64,000 nt of DNA from Alphaproteobacteria bacterium (GTDB taxonomy: Bacteria > Pseudomonadota > Alphaproteobacteria > SP197), in NCBI GenBank assembly GCA_964291265.2, contig OZ219747.1, positions 96,001 to 160,000 of the forward strand, written 5' to 3'. Positions within the stretch are counted from its first letter, which is position 1. Each line of letters begins with the position of its first letter. A model generated the notes under the pieces. It ran no database searches. It saw only the letters and a program-made list of their open reading frames with translations, and was not told the origin of the DNA. A program made the position numbers and the translations under genes. Shown here in pieces: positions 1 through 10,230 of the stretch.

Positions 1-170
1 ATGAATGGAGCGGCCTCCAATGCGGCCGCTCCCAAGAACGCTGCGGATGTTAGCCTGCGCTTGTCGAGCGCACAAACGTCATCGCCCCGCTCTCGCAGAT
101 CGCGGGGCCGAACACCGGGCATCAATTCACGCGGGATGCAGGCTCCCGGCAACTGTGCCAGGCTGGCGGC

Positions 171-857
171 ATGTGCGGCCGCTTGACACAGCGCTTCAGC
201 TGGCGCGAACTCCACGAGCTGCTCGACCTCATCGGATCGTCGGCGAACCTGGCGCCACGCTACAACGTGGCGCCGGGACAGCGGGTCGCGACGGTACGCG
301 CCGAAGGCGGCGGGCGGCGTCTCGCCATGATGCGCTGGGGCCTGATCCCCTCTTGGTCGAAGGAGCCCGGAATCGGCTACCGGCTGATCAACGCCCGCTC
401 GGAGACGGCGCCGACGAAACCGTCGTTCCGCTCGGCCTGGCGGTCGCGCCGCTGCCTCATCCCGGCCGACGGGTTCTACGAGTGGACAGGGGAGCGCGAG
501 GCGAGACAGCCCTGGCTGATCACGATGAAGGAGGGCGGCGTCTTCTGCTTCGCCGGCCTGTGGGAGCGCTGGAGGGTGCCGGCCGGTCCGGCACTGACGG
601 GACCGCTGTCCGACCTGCGGGAGGGCGATGTCCTGGAGACCTGCACCATCCTGACCACGGCAGCCAGCGCGGACATATCACCGGTGCATCATCGCATGCC
701 GGTGATCCTGCCGTTCGAATCGTGCGGGCCGTGGCTGGCGGGAGACGACATGGCGCTCGGTCCGGCTCCGCCGGACACGATGACCCTTCATCGGGTCAGC
801 CCCCTGGTGAACAAGGCCGCCAACGATGATCCCCGCTGTGTCGAGCCCGTGGGCTGA
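171..857 (+). CDS. SOS response-associated peptidase (SRAP; YedK/HMCES family abasic-site protein)
   Basis: N-terminal MCGR with catalytic Cys2, RYNVAP, RWGLIP, INARSET, RCLIPADGFYEW, HHRMPVIL motifs. Confidence 0.95.
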   Translation: MCGRLTQRFSWRELHELLDLIGSSANLAPRYNVAPGQRVATVRAEGGGRRLAMMRWGLIPSWSKEPGIGYRLINARSETAPTKPSFRSAWRSRRCLIPADGFYEWTGEREARQPWLITMKEGGVFCFAGLWERWRVPAGPALTGPLSDLREGDVLETCTILTTAASADISPVHHRMPVILPFESCGPWLAGDDMALGPAPPDTMTLHRVSPLVNKAANDDPRCVEPVG

Positions 858-1010
858 AGACCGGCCCGGGCACGTCTTCATCCCTGAACGGCATGCAGCC
901 TTCGCGGCATCACGCAACACGGCGCTCATTCCGATGCCTGGCGCCGCGGAGGCGCGACCCGGCGTACCGGACGATGGCATGATCATCCCGGGTGCGGGGA
1001 CGACAAAGGG

Positions 1011-1430
1011 GTGAATGAGGTCGCCCTAATTCCGCTGATCCTCGTCGCGGTCGCGGCGGTCGAGGACCTGCGCCGGCAGAGGGTCCCCGATCCCGTGGTT
1101 CTGGCGGTCGCCGTCACCTCTCCCCTCACCGCGGTCCTTGGCGGTGATCGGGATATCGCTGGGCACCTGGCCTGCGGCAGCGGCGTTCTCGTCATCGGCC
1201 TTGTTCTCGCATGGCTCGGATGGCTCGGCGCCGGTGACGCGAAACTGATGGCGGCTGTCTCCTGCTGGACGGGTTTCGGCGGCCTCGTCCCCTTCCTCTG
1301 CGCCACGGCACTCTCCGGCGCCCTCATCGCCCTGGCTCTCTTCATCGCCGGTCACCGGCACCGCGGCATGCCCTTTGCTCCGGCCATCGCCATCGGCACG
1401 TTCGGCGCCGTCCTTCTTCCCGGCGCCTGA
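1011..1430 (+). CDS. Prepilin peptidase, A24 family (CpaA/TadV-like)
   Basis: Hydrophobic 139 aa protein with EDLRRQRVPD, GAGDAKL and PFAPAI motifs. Confidence 0.85.
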   Translation: MNEVALIPLILVAVAAVEDLRRQRVPDPVVLAVAVTSPLTAVLGGDRDIAGHLACGSGVLVIGLVLAWLGWLGAGDAKLMAAVSCWTGFGGLVPFLCATALSGALIALALFIAGHRHRGMPFAPAIAIGTFGAVLLPGA

Positions 1431-1787
1431 CGGCTCCGGCGATCATCCATCATGCTCGGCGCGGGCTCCGGTTCAGGGACCTTGCCGGGAAGGCGGTGGT
1501 CGGGCTGTCGCAGTCCTTGACCGGCAGGGCCGGGTCAGAAGGCGATGGACCCGGCAGCGATGCCGGCCCCAGTGGTCGTCTCGACCGCAAGCCATCAGGT
1601 CTCGCGCCGGCGTCACTCCTCGAGGTCGGCTCGCCCCTGCGGCCTCGCCCGGAGAGTGAACGGAGCGCATGACGGCAACCCATCCACACCCTTCCCGGGG
1701 AGAGGAGGGTTTCGCGGAGTTGGCGGAGAAGCGAGCCCGACAGGAGGATGGGCCGGGCTCACCCCGAACACTGCGGCACGGCCGCCG

Positions 1788-2909
1788 TCAGTAGCCGGCG
1801 CGCACCTCGTCCCACAGCCGGATGTACTTCTCCTCGATGTCGGGAGCCAGGGCCTGGAAGAAGATTCCGTTGCCCAGGAGGTTCTCGGGCGTCGAAAGCC
1901 CCTGTTCCTCGAGAACGTCATCCGCAACGAGTTCGAACGCCTTCATGTTGGCGTGACCATAGCCCCAGTTCGTGATCTCGAAGGCACCGGCCTCGGGACT
2001 CGCGAAGGCGTTGATCAGGTCATAGGACTCGTCGACCAGTCCGGTTTCTGTATGCATGACCAGACCACAGCACCACGTGAAGATACCCTCCTTGGGAATC
2101 CCCAGGCCAACGTCGATACCCTGGGACTTCAGGGTCACGTAGGCATCGTTCCAGCCGTAGCTTGCCACCAGTTCGCCTGATGCCAGGGCCTGCACGGCTT
2201 CCGTCTGGTCGCCCCAGTACATCCTCATGTTGTCGCGCTGGGTGGCAACCATCTTGCGCACTTCGACCAGTTGCTCGTCGGTCAACGCGAAGATGTTGTC
2301 GTAGCCCAGCACGAGAGCGGATATCTCGACGATCGCGCCGGCGGAATCGTAGAAGCCCAGACGATTGCGGAACTCGTCCGTGTAGAAGATCTCCCAGGAA
2401 ACGTTCTCGTCACGCCAGTTCTCGCCGACCAGGTCGCGGCGATAGATGATGGTGGAGTTGCCCCAGTCGACAGGCATGAAGTAGCGCTGACCGTCAATGA
2501 TCGATCCTTCGATGTCATCCAGGCTGGGGAACATGTCGGGAAGGTGCACCAGGCGTTCCGGATCCAGTGGAGCGAGAAGGCCTGCATCGTTCCACTTGAA
2601 CAGTTCGTAGGTGCAGGGCGCCATGACGTCCGGCTGGAAGCCGCCGGCGCGCATTTTCTGGAACGCTTCGTCTTCCGATCCCCAGAACGTGTACTCGGGT
2701 GGCGTCCCGTGCTTTTCGAGATAGGAACCGATGAATCCCTCGTTATCGTAACCGGCCCAGCCGAAATACGTGGGTGTGCCGGCAGCGGCAGCGTTTCGGG
2801 TCACCGGAACGGTCACAAGACCGACGCCGAGGGCGGATGCGAACCTGTTGAAATCACGACGCGAGATCTGTCCGCTCCTGTAGAGATCCGCGATTTCCCT
2901 GGCCTTCAT
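1788..2909 (-). CDS. ABC transporter substrate-binding protein, PotD/PotF polyamine family, Tat-type signal
   Basis: Start taken at MKAREI (ATG 2909); SRRDF twin-arginine-like motif, WAGY, SEDEAFQK, PVDWG, PKEG motifs; no permease genes adjacent. Confidence 0.85.
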   Translation of the reverse strand: MKAREIADLYRSGQISRRDFNRFASALGVGLVTVPVTRNAAAAGTPTYFGWAGYDNEGFIGSYLEKHGTPPEYTFWGSEDEAFQKMRAGGFQPDVMAPCTYELFKWNDAGLLAPLDPERLVHLPDMFPSLDDIEGSIIDGQRYFMPVDWGNSTIIYRRDLVGENWRDENVSWEIFYTDEFRNRLGFYDSAGAIVEISALVLGYDNIFALTDEQLVEVRKMVATQRDNMRMYWGDQTEAVQALASGELVASYGWNDAYVTLKSQGIDVGLGIPKEGIFTWCCGLVMHTETGLVDESYDLINAFASPEAGAFEITNWGYGHANMKAFELVADDVLEEQGLSTPENLLGNGIFFQALAPDIEEKYIRLWDEVRAGY

Positions 2910-3322
2910 GTTGTTCTCCAGACTGATGATGAGAGATGCGATTGTGACTGCCTTGTGCGGCGAATTCAACGTGAACGGAACCGCAGGGGGCCGTGGACCG
3001 CCAGACCGGACCTGATCGGCCCGGCACACCACGGTCGGGACTCCATCGACTGGCGCTCGAATGGCGCGCTCGCGACCCCGCCATGTCTTGCGGCCAAGCG
3101 CGGTCTCCCTCGGCCACGAGGTCCCGGCGCTCGCAGACGACCCGTGCATCCTCCTGCCACGGGACACCCCGGAAAGCGCACGGACGACTGAAGCCACCCC
3201 GGTGGACATCGCGTCACCACATCAGGCTGCAAGTCGCCCTCTCCTTCCACCTCGGCCTATGAGTGTGGAACGTCAGTGAGCCGGAAAACAAGGACGCCGT
3301 CGAAGGATCCGGGGTCGGACGA

Positions 3323-5573
3323 TCACCCGCCGGGTTCGGCGCGGGGCTGCGCGGGCACAGGCATCACGAAAGGTTCCGGGTCGCGGAATCGTTCGAGGAC
3401 GTTGCCGAGGAGACGGGCAACCGGGTTGTCGTAGCCGTTGACCGGCAGGGCCGAGCCGAAGGCGATCGACCCGGCAGAGAACACCGCCCCGCCTCCCGGG
3501 TGCTCGAAGAAGGTCATGTCGGCCCGCACCAGGGGATGATCGTCGGCAATCACCGGCTGGTTGGAGGTGAGTTCCTCGAGGACTACCAGCATGCCGGCGG
3601 CATGCTCCTCGGACCGGGCGACGACCAGGGCATGGGGAGGCGTGCCGAGACGGATATCGGCGCGGTCGATCTCGAGGCCGGCGGCGCCGCCACCGACAAG
3701 TCCTTCATCGCCGATGATCTCGTCGTCGATGCCGGAGAAGATGAAGGCGGCACGGGGATCATCGGCGGCAGGGGTGCGCCGGTACCAGGTGGAACGATCG
3801 AAGCCCTGGGCCGTGAAGCCGATGCCGGCAAGCTGTTGTGGCGGACGCCCGCTGCGGCGCCACAGGCCGCCGTACTCTCCGGTGAGACTCATGAAGGACT
3901 CGCCCGCCCGCGACACCCAGGAGCGGGTGCCGCCCTCGGTCTTTCGGCACTCCAGGACTCCGGGAAGGTCCTGCCGCAGGCCGATGCGCCAGTAGAACCC
4001 GTTGGCGCCGGTGTAGATCAGCCGCCCGCCCCGGGCGAGCCAAGCCTCCAGGGCATCGAGCATGGCGGCGGTGTGGTACTCGGGGTAGCTGCCGGTGACG
4101 ACGACGGAGTAGCCCTCGAGCACGGCCAGCCCCTCGCCGTCGAGTTCCTCGTCGGTGACGACATCGAAGCCGCCGCTCGCCCGGTCGAGCCACGACGTGA
4201 TGTGGGTGTCGGCCACCAGTCCCCACACGCGCCCCTTCGGCCGGAAGTTGAGTACCGGCCGCAGGCGCGACGAGAGACTGACGCCGCTGCCGTCGGAATG
4301 GGTGTCGTAGGTCGATAGCCCGTACTCCGGGTGGGCCTGCAGGAAACAGTCGTCCCGCGTCATGACGGTGGCGCGGAACTGTTTCATCTCGACGGTGTCG
4401 TTGCGGAAGTGCCGACCCGAGTTGGCATAGGCCATGTAGGTGGCGGTGGGCATGAGGAAGCAGACGTCCGAGGTTCTCCGGTCACGGGGCGGCACGACGG
4501 CGAAGGGAATGAAGTCCTCGGCGTCTCCGGCCGTGACACGGAGCGCATGGATCGCGCTCGGCGTGCCTTCGGGCACCTGCCAGACATGGCTTTCCGGCCA
4601 TCCGGCATCGTGGATGTCGTCATCATGAAAGTGGATCGCGGCGTAGTCTTCGGGCCAGTGGCGCCAGGACATCTCGCAGCCGCTCCACGGGCGCCGGTCA
4701 CGGCGCGTTCGGGGAGATGAACGAGTGTCCCGTGGTGGCCGTGACCGGACACGTCCTCGATGGCGAGCGTGTCGATCCCGCGCGAGAAATCCCAGGCGGC
4801 CAGAATGGCGTCGCGGACGGACGGCGCCGCTGGACGGGCTTCGGCGATGATGATCTCGTCGGAGGTGAAGGCGCGGCACGCCACCCGCGGCGCCTCGATC
4901 CGACCATTGAAGCAGCCGGCGTGATGGCCGCGGCCATCCCCGGCATCGCGATGCCAGGCGGCCATCAGCCAGCGGGCCGCCCGCAACACCGGCGGGAACG
5001 CGGCAGCGCCCCGGCGCAGCAGCGGGCGGCCCGTGTCGACTGCCTGCTGGAGCAGGCACACCGTGCCCGAATCCGGATCGAGGGTCGCGGCGACGCGATA
5101 CCAGGCGCCCGCCGCCATCGCCTCGCCCGTGGTGGCGACGACGCTGGCGCGGCCGTTTCCGGACGCCAGGCCCGCGGCGCCGTCGTCGCCGACGATAAGG
5201 CTGGCGCCGGTGTGGTCACTCTCGGACCAGGTGCCGATGATGCCCTGGCGCCCCTTCCCCGGCGTGGTCGGCATGATCAGTGCCTGGAGCGTGAAGGCGC
5301 CCGCGGGAACCAGGCGCGGCGAGCCCGGGACGACCGCATGGAACCCGGCATGGATGAGGCGCGCCCTGCCTTCGTGGAGGCCGCTCACCGGTGTCTCGAC
5401 GGGAACGCTCCTGAAGGGGGCGCCCGCGGGATTGTCGTCCGCCGAGTGGAGACGGACGATGCCGGCGCGGTAGGCGGCGGGACCGTCGCAACTCACGTGG
5501 AAGCGGATGGCCTCCCCGAGTCGCACCGACATCTGTCCGCATATCCGTTGAGCGGCCGCAGTCCTGGATCCAT
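3323..5573 (-). pseudogene. N,N-dimethylformamidase large-subunit family protein with two 1-bp frameshifts (pseudogene or sequencing error)
   Basis: GYADR/xSVRLGE N-terminus shifts frame near 5532; AVTGAR/WSGCEMSW shifts near 4690; IHFHDDD, PTATYMAYAN, STYDTHSDGSG, GSYPEY, GANGFYW motifs. Confidence 0.8.
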
Positions 5574-5617
5574 GTCACCTCCACGGGAAACTTGAGGGGT
5601 CGGAGCTGATTCCTACA

Positions 5618-7159
5618 ATGGCACCGGACCAAACCATGGGGAAAGAGATCATGACGGTGACGGACACGTTCAGGGACCTGTCGGGCCAGGTGTACATGGA
5701 TGGCCACTGGCGCCGCAGCGAGTCGAGCGATGGGTTCGACGCCATCGATCCGGCGACCGAAGCGGTCAATGGCGAACTGGCCTTCGCCACGGTCCGCGAG
5801 GTCGACGAAGCAGTTGCCATTGCCCGGCGCGCCCAGAAGAAGTGGAACCGCCTGAACGGCCTCAAGCGCTCCGAGGAGCTTCACGAGGTGGCGCGCCGGC
5901 TGCGCGACAGCACGCCGCGCCTCGCCGAGGCCCTGACCCGGGAAATGGGCAAGCCCTACAAGGAATCGGCGGATGAGGTGGAGTGGACCGCGACCGCCTT
6001 CGACTACTACGCGGAAGTCTCGCGCCACGAGGCCGGACGCGTCGTCGGTCCGGTGGTGGACGGGGATTTTCACGTCGTCACCAAATCGCCTCTCGGCGTG
6101 GTCGGCATCATACTTCCCTTCAATTTCCCCTATGTGCTCTTCGGCTGGGAAGCCGGGGCTGCACTCGGCGCCGGCAACGCGGTCATCCTCAAGCCATCGG
6201 AACTGACGAGCTTCTCCTCGCTCATGATGATGGAGTGCTTCGACCACCTGCCAACCGGTCTCGTGCAGTGCCTCACCGGAGCCGTCGAGACGGGCAAGGC
6301 TCTCGTCGGCCATGAGGGAGTCGACGGCGTCGCCTTCACCGGGTCCATCGCGGCCGGACAGGCTGTCGCCCAGACCTGCGCGTCCACCTTCAAGCGCTGT
6401 CTCGTGGAAGCAAGCGGCAACGACCCCTTCCTGGTCCTGCCGTCAGCCGACATGGCCATGGCCACCCAGGGCGCGGTGTTCGGCGCCTACCTCAATTGCG
6501 GGCAGGTGTGCGCCGCCGCCGAACGCTTCTATGTCCACGATGCCGTGCACGACCGTTTCGTCGACGAGGTCACGCGTCTGACGCACCAGCTGCGCATCGG
6601 CAACGGTCTCGACAAGGTGGACATGGGACCGATGGCTGCCCAGCGGGAACGCGACCGCTACGAAGGCATGCTCGCACGGGCCATCGACGAAGGCGCGACC
6701 GTCGTCACCGGTGGCGGCCGACCGGAGGGTTTCAACCGCGGCTACTACTGCGATGCGACCATCCTCATCGACTGCACGTCGGACATGGAGATCATGAACA
6801 ACGAGAGTTTCGGGCCGGTGATGCCCATCTGCCGGGTCGGCAGTTTCGACGAGGCCCTCGAACACGCCAACAACTCGCGCTACGGGCTCGGCTCCTTCGT
6901 CTTCACGAATGATCTCAGCGAGACCATGCGGTCGATCAACGAGATCGAGGCGGGCATGACGTGGATCAACGCCACGGCCCTGCTCGACAACGATGCCGGG
7001 CCCTTCGGCGGGTGCAAGATGTCGGGGACCGGCCGCCAGCTCGGCAGCGAGGGAATCGACCAGTTTCGTCACACCAAGCTGACGATGATCGACCACGAGA
7101 ACAAGCCCGCGGACTTCTGGTGGTTCCCCTACAAGGATGAGGAGGCCTATCCGGGTTGA
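5618..7159 (+). CDS. NAD(P)-dependent aldehyde dehydrogenase
   Basis: PFNFP, KPSE, FTGS, EASGN, GQVC (catalytic Cys), ESFGP motifs; true start may be 5651. Confidence 0.95.
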   Translation: MAPDQTMGKEIMTVTDTFRDLSGQVYMDGHWRRSESSDGFDAIDPATEAVNGELAFATVREVDEAVAIARRAQKKWNRLNGLKRSEELHEVARRLRDSTPRLAEALTREMGKPYKESADEVEWTATAFDYYAEVSRHEAGRVVGPVVDGDFHVVTKSPLGVVGIILPFNFPYVLFGWEAGAALGAGNAVILKPSELTSFSSLMMMECFDHLPTGLVQCLTGAVETGKALVGHEGVDGVAFTGSIAAGQAVAQTCASTFKRCLVEASGNDPFLVLPSADMAMATQGAVFGAYLNCGQVCAAAERFYVHDAVHDRFVDEVTRLTHQLRIGNGLDKVDMGPMAAQRERDRYEGMLARAIDEGATVVTGGGRPEGFNRGYYCDATILIDCTSDMEIMNNESFGPVMPICRVGSFDEALEHANNSRYGLGSFVFTNDLSETMRSINEIEAGMTWINATALLDNDAGPFGGCKMSGTGRQLGSEGIDQFRHTKLTMIDHENKPADFWWFPYKDEEAYPG

Positions 7160-7180
7160 TCCTGTCCTTGTCTCCTGGCG

Positions 7181-8353
7181 TCAGGAGGAAGGAGGCGCCT
7201 CGCACGTCCGATGCATTCTGAGGGCGTCCGCGGCGATGACGCGTTCCTCGTCCGTGGCGACGACATGGGCCGAGGGGTGGCCGCGGGTGAGGGTCCGCGC
7301 ATGACGCCCGTTGGCCGCCTCGTCGAGGTCGAGTCCGAGCCAGTCGAGGGCCCTGACCACCGCCGCTCTCACCGGAGCCGCGTTCTCGCCGATGCCTCCG
7401 GCAAAGACGAGGGCGTCGAGGCCACCGGTGGCCGCCACGGCCGAGCCGATCTCGAGGACCAGCCGGTCGACGAACATGGCGACGGCACGTGCCGCATTCC
7501 CATCCCTGCTTGCCAGCAGCGCGCGCATGTCCGGCGAGCGGCCCGAGACACCGAGCAGCCCCGATTCACGATTGAGCAGGCGGTCAACGGCCCCGACATC
7601 ACCACCATGGCGCGCCACGAGCCACAACACCGCGCCCGGATCGAGCCTGCCTGGCCGCCGCCCCATCATCAGCCCGTCGAGCGGCGTGAATCCCATCGAC
7701 GTGAAGACCGAGGCGCCGTCGACGAGGCCGACAAGGCTGCAGCCGTTGCCGAGATGACAGATCACCGTCCTCGACGGAACCATACCGCCGGCGATGTCGG
7801 GCAGCCGGGCGACGATGGACTGGTAGGAAAGGCCATGGAATCCGAAGCGCCGCAGCCCCTCGGCGGCGAAGCGCTCCGGCAGCGCCATCAGCTGGCGCAC
7901 CTCCGGAATGGTGCGGTGGAAGGCGGTATCGAAGCACGCGACCTGGGGCAACCGGGGCAAAGCCCTCGCCAGGGCCCTGATTCCGGCAAGGTTGTGCGGT
8001 TGGTGAGAGGGCGCCAGGGCCGACAACGCCTCGATGTCACCCTCGACCGCTGCATCGATGAGCGCCGGCCCGGAAAACCGCGTTCCACCGTGAACCACGC
8101 GATGGCCGGCCACCACGAGGCTTCCGGCTCGCGGCAGGATGACCGCGTCGAGGAGATATCCGATGATCGGTCCATGGCCCGCGAGTCCGCGCGGCAGGGG
8201 CTCACCGGACCTGCCGTCGATCAGCAACCTCGGATCGAGTCCTTCGGCGACATTTTCCACCTGCCCCCGGAACAGGAGCCCGAGATCATCCCCGAAGACG
8301 GCGAAGCGGACAGACGACGACCCGCAGTTGAGTGCCAGCACGTGTCCCGTCAT
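7181..8353 (-). CDS. ackA: Acetate kinase
   Basis: LNCGSSS, GHRVVHGG, FDTAFH, RRFGFHGLSY, HLGNGCS, SMGFTPLDG, GGIGEN, TDEE motifs. Confidence 0.95.
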   Translation of the reverse strand: MTGHVLALNCGSSSVRFAVFGDDLGLLFRGQVENVAEGLDPRLLIDGRSGEPLPRGLAGHGPIIGYLLDAVILPRAGSLVVAGHRVVHGGTRFSGPALIDAAVEGDIEALSALAPSHQPHNLAGIRALARALPRLPQVACFDTAFHRTIPEVRQLMALPERFAAEGLRRFGFHGLSYQSIVARLPDIAGGMVPSRTVICHLGNGCSLVGLVDGASVFTSMGFTPLDGLMMGRRPGRLDPGAVLWLVARHGGDVGAVDRLLNRESGLLGVSGRSPDMRALLASRDGNAARAVAMFVDRLVLEIGSAVAATGGLDALVFAGGIGENAAPVRAAVVRALDWLGLDLDEAANGRHARTLTRGHPSAHVVATDEERVIAADALRMHRTCEAPPSS

Positions 8354-8447
8354 GGTCGATAGGCCCCTCGTCGCTGGCCATCATCTTGCGGTTCCCGTAC
8401 CTTGCGGTCTACAACATCCCCGACACTTCAGGAAAGGTAGACTCGCC

Positions 8448-10217
8448 ATGGACATGACCACGGAAGAAGCCTTCGTGAAGGTGCTGCAGAGGCACGGCAT
8501 CCGACACTGCTTCGGGATCATCGGGTCCGCGTTCATGCCGATCTCCGATCTCTTCCCCAGGGCCGGGATCACCTTCTGGGATGTGGCCCACGAAGCAAAC
8601 GCCGGGTTCATGTGCGACGGCTTCACCCGCGCCAGTGGCGAGATCGCGATGTGCATCGGCCAGAACGGCCCCGGCATCACCAATCTCGTCACGCCCGTGA
8701 AGACGGCCTACTGGAACCACACGCCCATGCTCCTCGTGACTCCCCAGGCGGCCAACCGGACGATCGGCCAGGGCGGCTTCCAGGAGGTTCCGCAGATGGC
8801 TCTCTTCGAGGACATGGTCTGCTACCAGGAAGAGGTGCGTGATGCGGCACGCATTGCAGAGGTGCTCAACAGGGTGATCGAACAGGCGTGGCGGCGTTCG
8901 GCGCCGGCCCAGATCAACGTGCCGCGCGACATCTGGACCGCCGATGTCGACATCGAACTTCCCGTCACGGTGGAACTCGAACGCCAGGGCGGCGGCGAGA
9001 GATCGCTCGCCGAGGCGGCGCGCCTCCTGTCGCAGGCGAGGTTTCCGGTGATCCTCTCCGGCGCCGGCGTGGTCATCGGCGATGCCATCGACGACTGCGT
9101 CCGCCTGGCCGAACGCCTCGAGGCACCGGTCTGTTCAGGCTATCAGCACAACGACAGTTTTCCGGGATCCCATCCGCTTGCCGTCGGGCCCCTTGGCTAC
9201 AACGGCTCGCGAGCGGCGATGGAACTCATGGCCCGGGCCGATGTTGTCCTGGCTCTTGGAACACGCCTCAATCCCTTCTCCACGCTGCCGGCCTACGGCA
9301 TCGACTACTGGCCACAGGCCGCGAACGTCATCCAGGTCGACATGAATCCTGACCGCATCGGACTTACCAAGAAGGTCAGTGTCGGCATCTGTGGCGATGC
9401 CGGGATCGTGGCACGCGGCATCCTCGCGCGTCTCTCGCCCGGCGCCGCATCGAAGGGCCGCGACGAGAGGAAGGCGCTGATCCACCAGACCCGCTCGGCA
9501 TGGCTGCAGGAACTCGCCGGCATGGACCACGAGGACGACGACCCCGGAACATCGTGGAACGCCGATGCGCGGGCACGCGAACCGCAGAGGATGTCGGCAC
9601 GCATGGCCTGGCGGGCGATCCAGGCGGGCCTGCCCGCGGATGCCATCATCTCCACCGATATCGGCAACAACTGCGCCGTCGGCAACGCCTATCCGACCTT
9701 CGAGGAGGGCAGGAAGTACCTCGCCCCCGGCCTCTTCGGACCCTGCGGGTACGGTTTTCCGGCCATTCTCGGAGCCAAGATCGGCTGTCCCGACGTGCCG
9801 GTCGTCGGCTTCGCCGGCGACGGCGCCTTCGGCATCTCGATGAACGAGATGACGTCGTGCGGCCGGGAGGACTGGCCTGCCATCACCATGGTGATCTTCC
9901 GCAACTACCAGTGGGGGGCGGAGAAGCGCAACACGACGCTGTGGTACGACAACAACTTCGTCGGCACGGAACTCAATCCCGGCCTGTCCTACGCCAGGGT
10001 GGCCGAGGGGTGCGGCCTCGAGGGCGTCCAGGTGGCGACCATGGAGGAGCTCGCGGACGCCATCCGGCAGGGCTGCGCCGCCCAGCGGGACGGCGTCACC
10101 ACCTTCATCGAGGTGCTGCTCAACCAGGAACTCGGCGAACCCTTCCGCCGCGATGCCATGAAGAAACCGGTCGTGATCGCCGGCATCGACGCCAGCGACA
10201 TGGCTCCTATGGGATGA
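8448..10217 (+). CDS. xsc: Sulfoacetaldehyde acetyltransferase (ThDP-dependent)
   Basis: Start at MDMTTEEAFVKVL; GIIGSAFM, GDGAFG ThDP motif, NYQWGAEK, ELGEPFRRDAM characteristic of Xsc. Confidence 0.95.
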   Translation: MDMTTEEAFVKVLQRHGIRHCFGIIGSAFMPISDLFPRAGITFWDVAHEANAGFMCDGFTRASGEIAMCIGQNGPGITNLVTPVKTAYWNHTPMLLVTPQAANRTIGQGGFQEVPQMALFEDMVCYQEEVRDAARIAEVLNRVIEQAWRRSAPAQINVPRDIWTADVDIELPVTVELERQGGGERSLAEAARLLSQARFPVILSGAGVVIGDAIDDCVRLAERLEAPVCSGYQHNDSFPGSHPLAVGPLGYNGSRAAMELMARADVVLALGTRLNPFSTLPAYGIDYWPQAANVIQVDMNPDRIGLTKKVSVGICGDAGIVARGILARLSPGAASKGRDERKALIHQTRSAWLQELAGMDHEDDDPGTSWNADARAREPQRMSARMAWRAIQAGLPADAIISTDIGNNCAVGNAYPTFEEGRKYLAPGLFGPCGYGFPAILGAKIGCPDVPVVGFAGDGAFGISMNEMTSCGREDWPAITMVIFRNYQWGAEKRNTTLWYDNNFVGTELNPGLSYARVAEGCGLEGVQVATMEELADAIRQGCAAQRDGVTTFIEVLLNQELGEPFRRDAMKKPVVIAGIDASDMAPMG

Positions 10218-10230
10218 GGGCGTCCCTGCT

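Noticed and set aside
7-32. GC-rich hairpin GGAGCGGCC/GGCCGCTCC
   Set aside because: Possible terminator, but context is cut by the window edge and the U-tract is weak.
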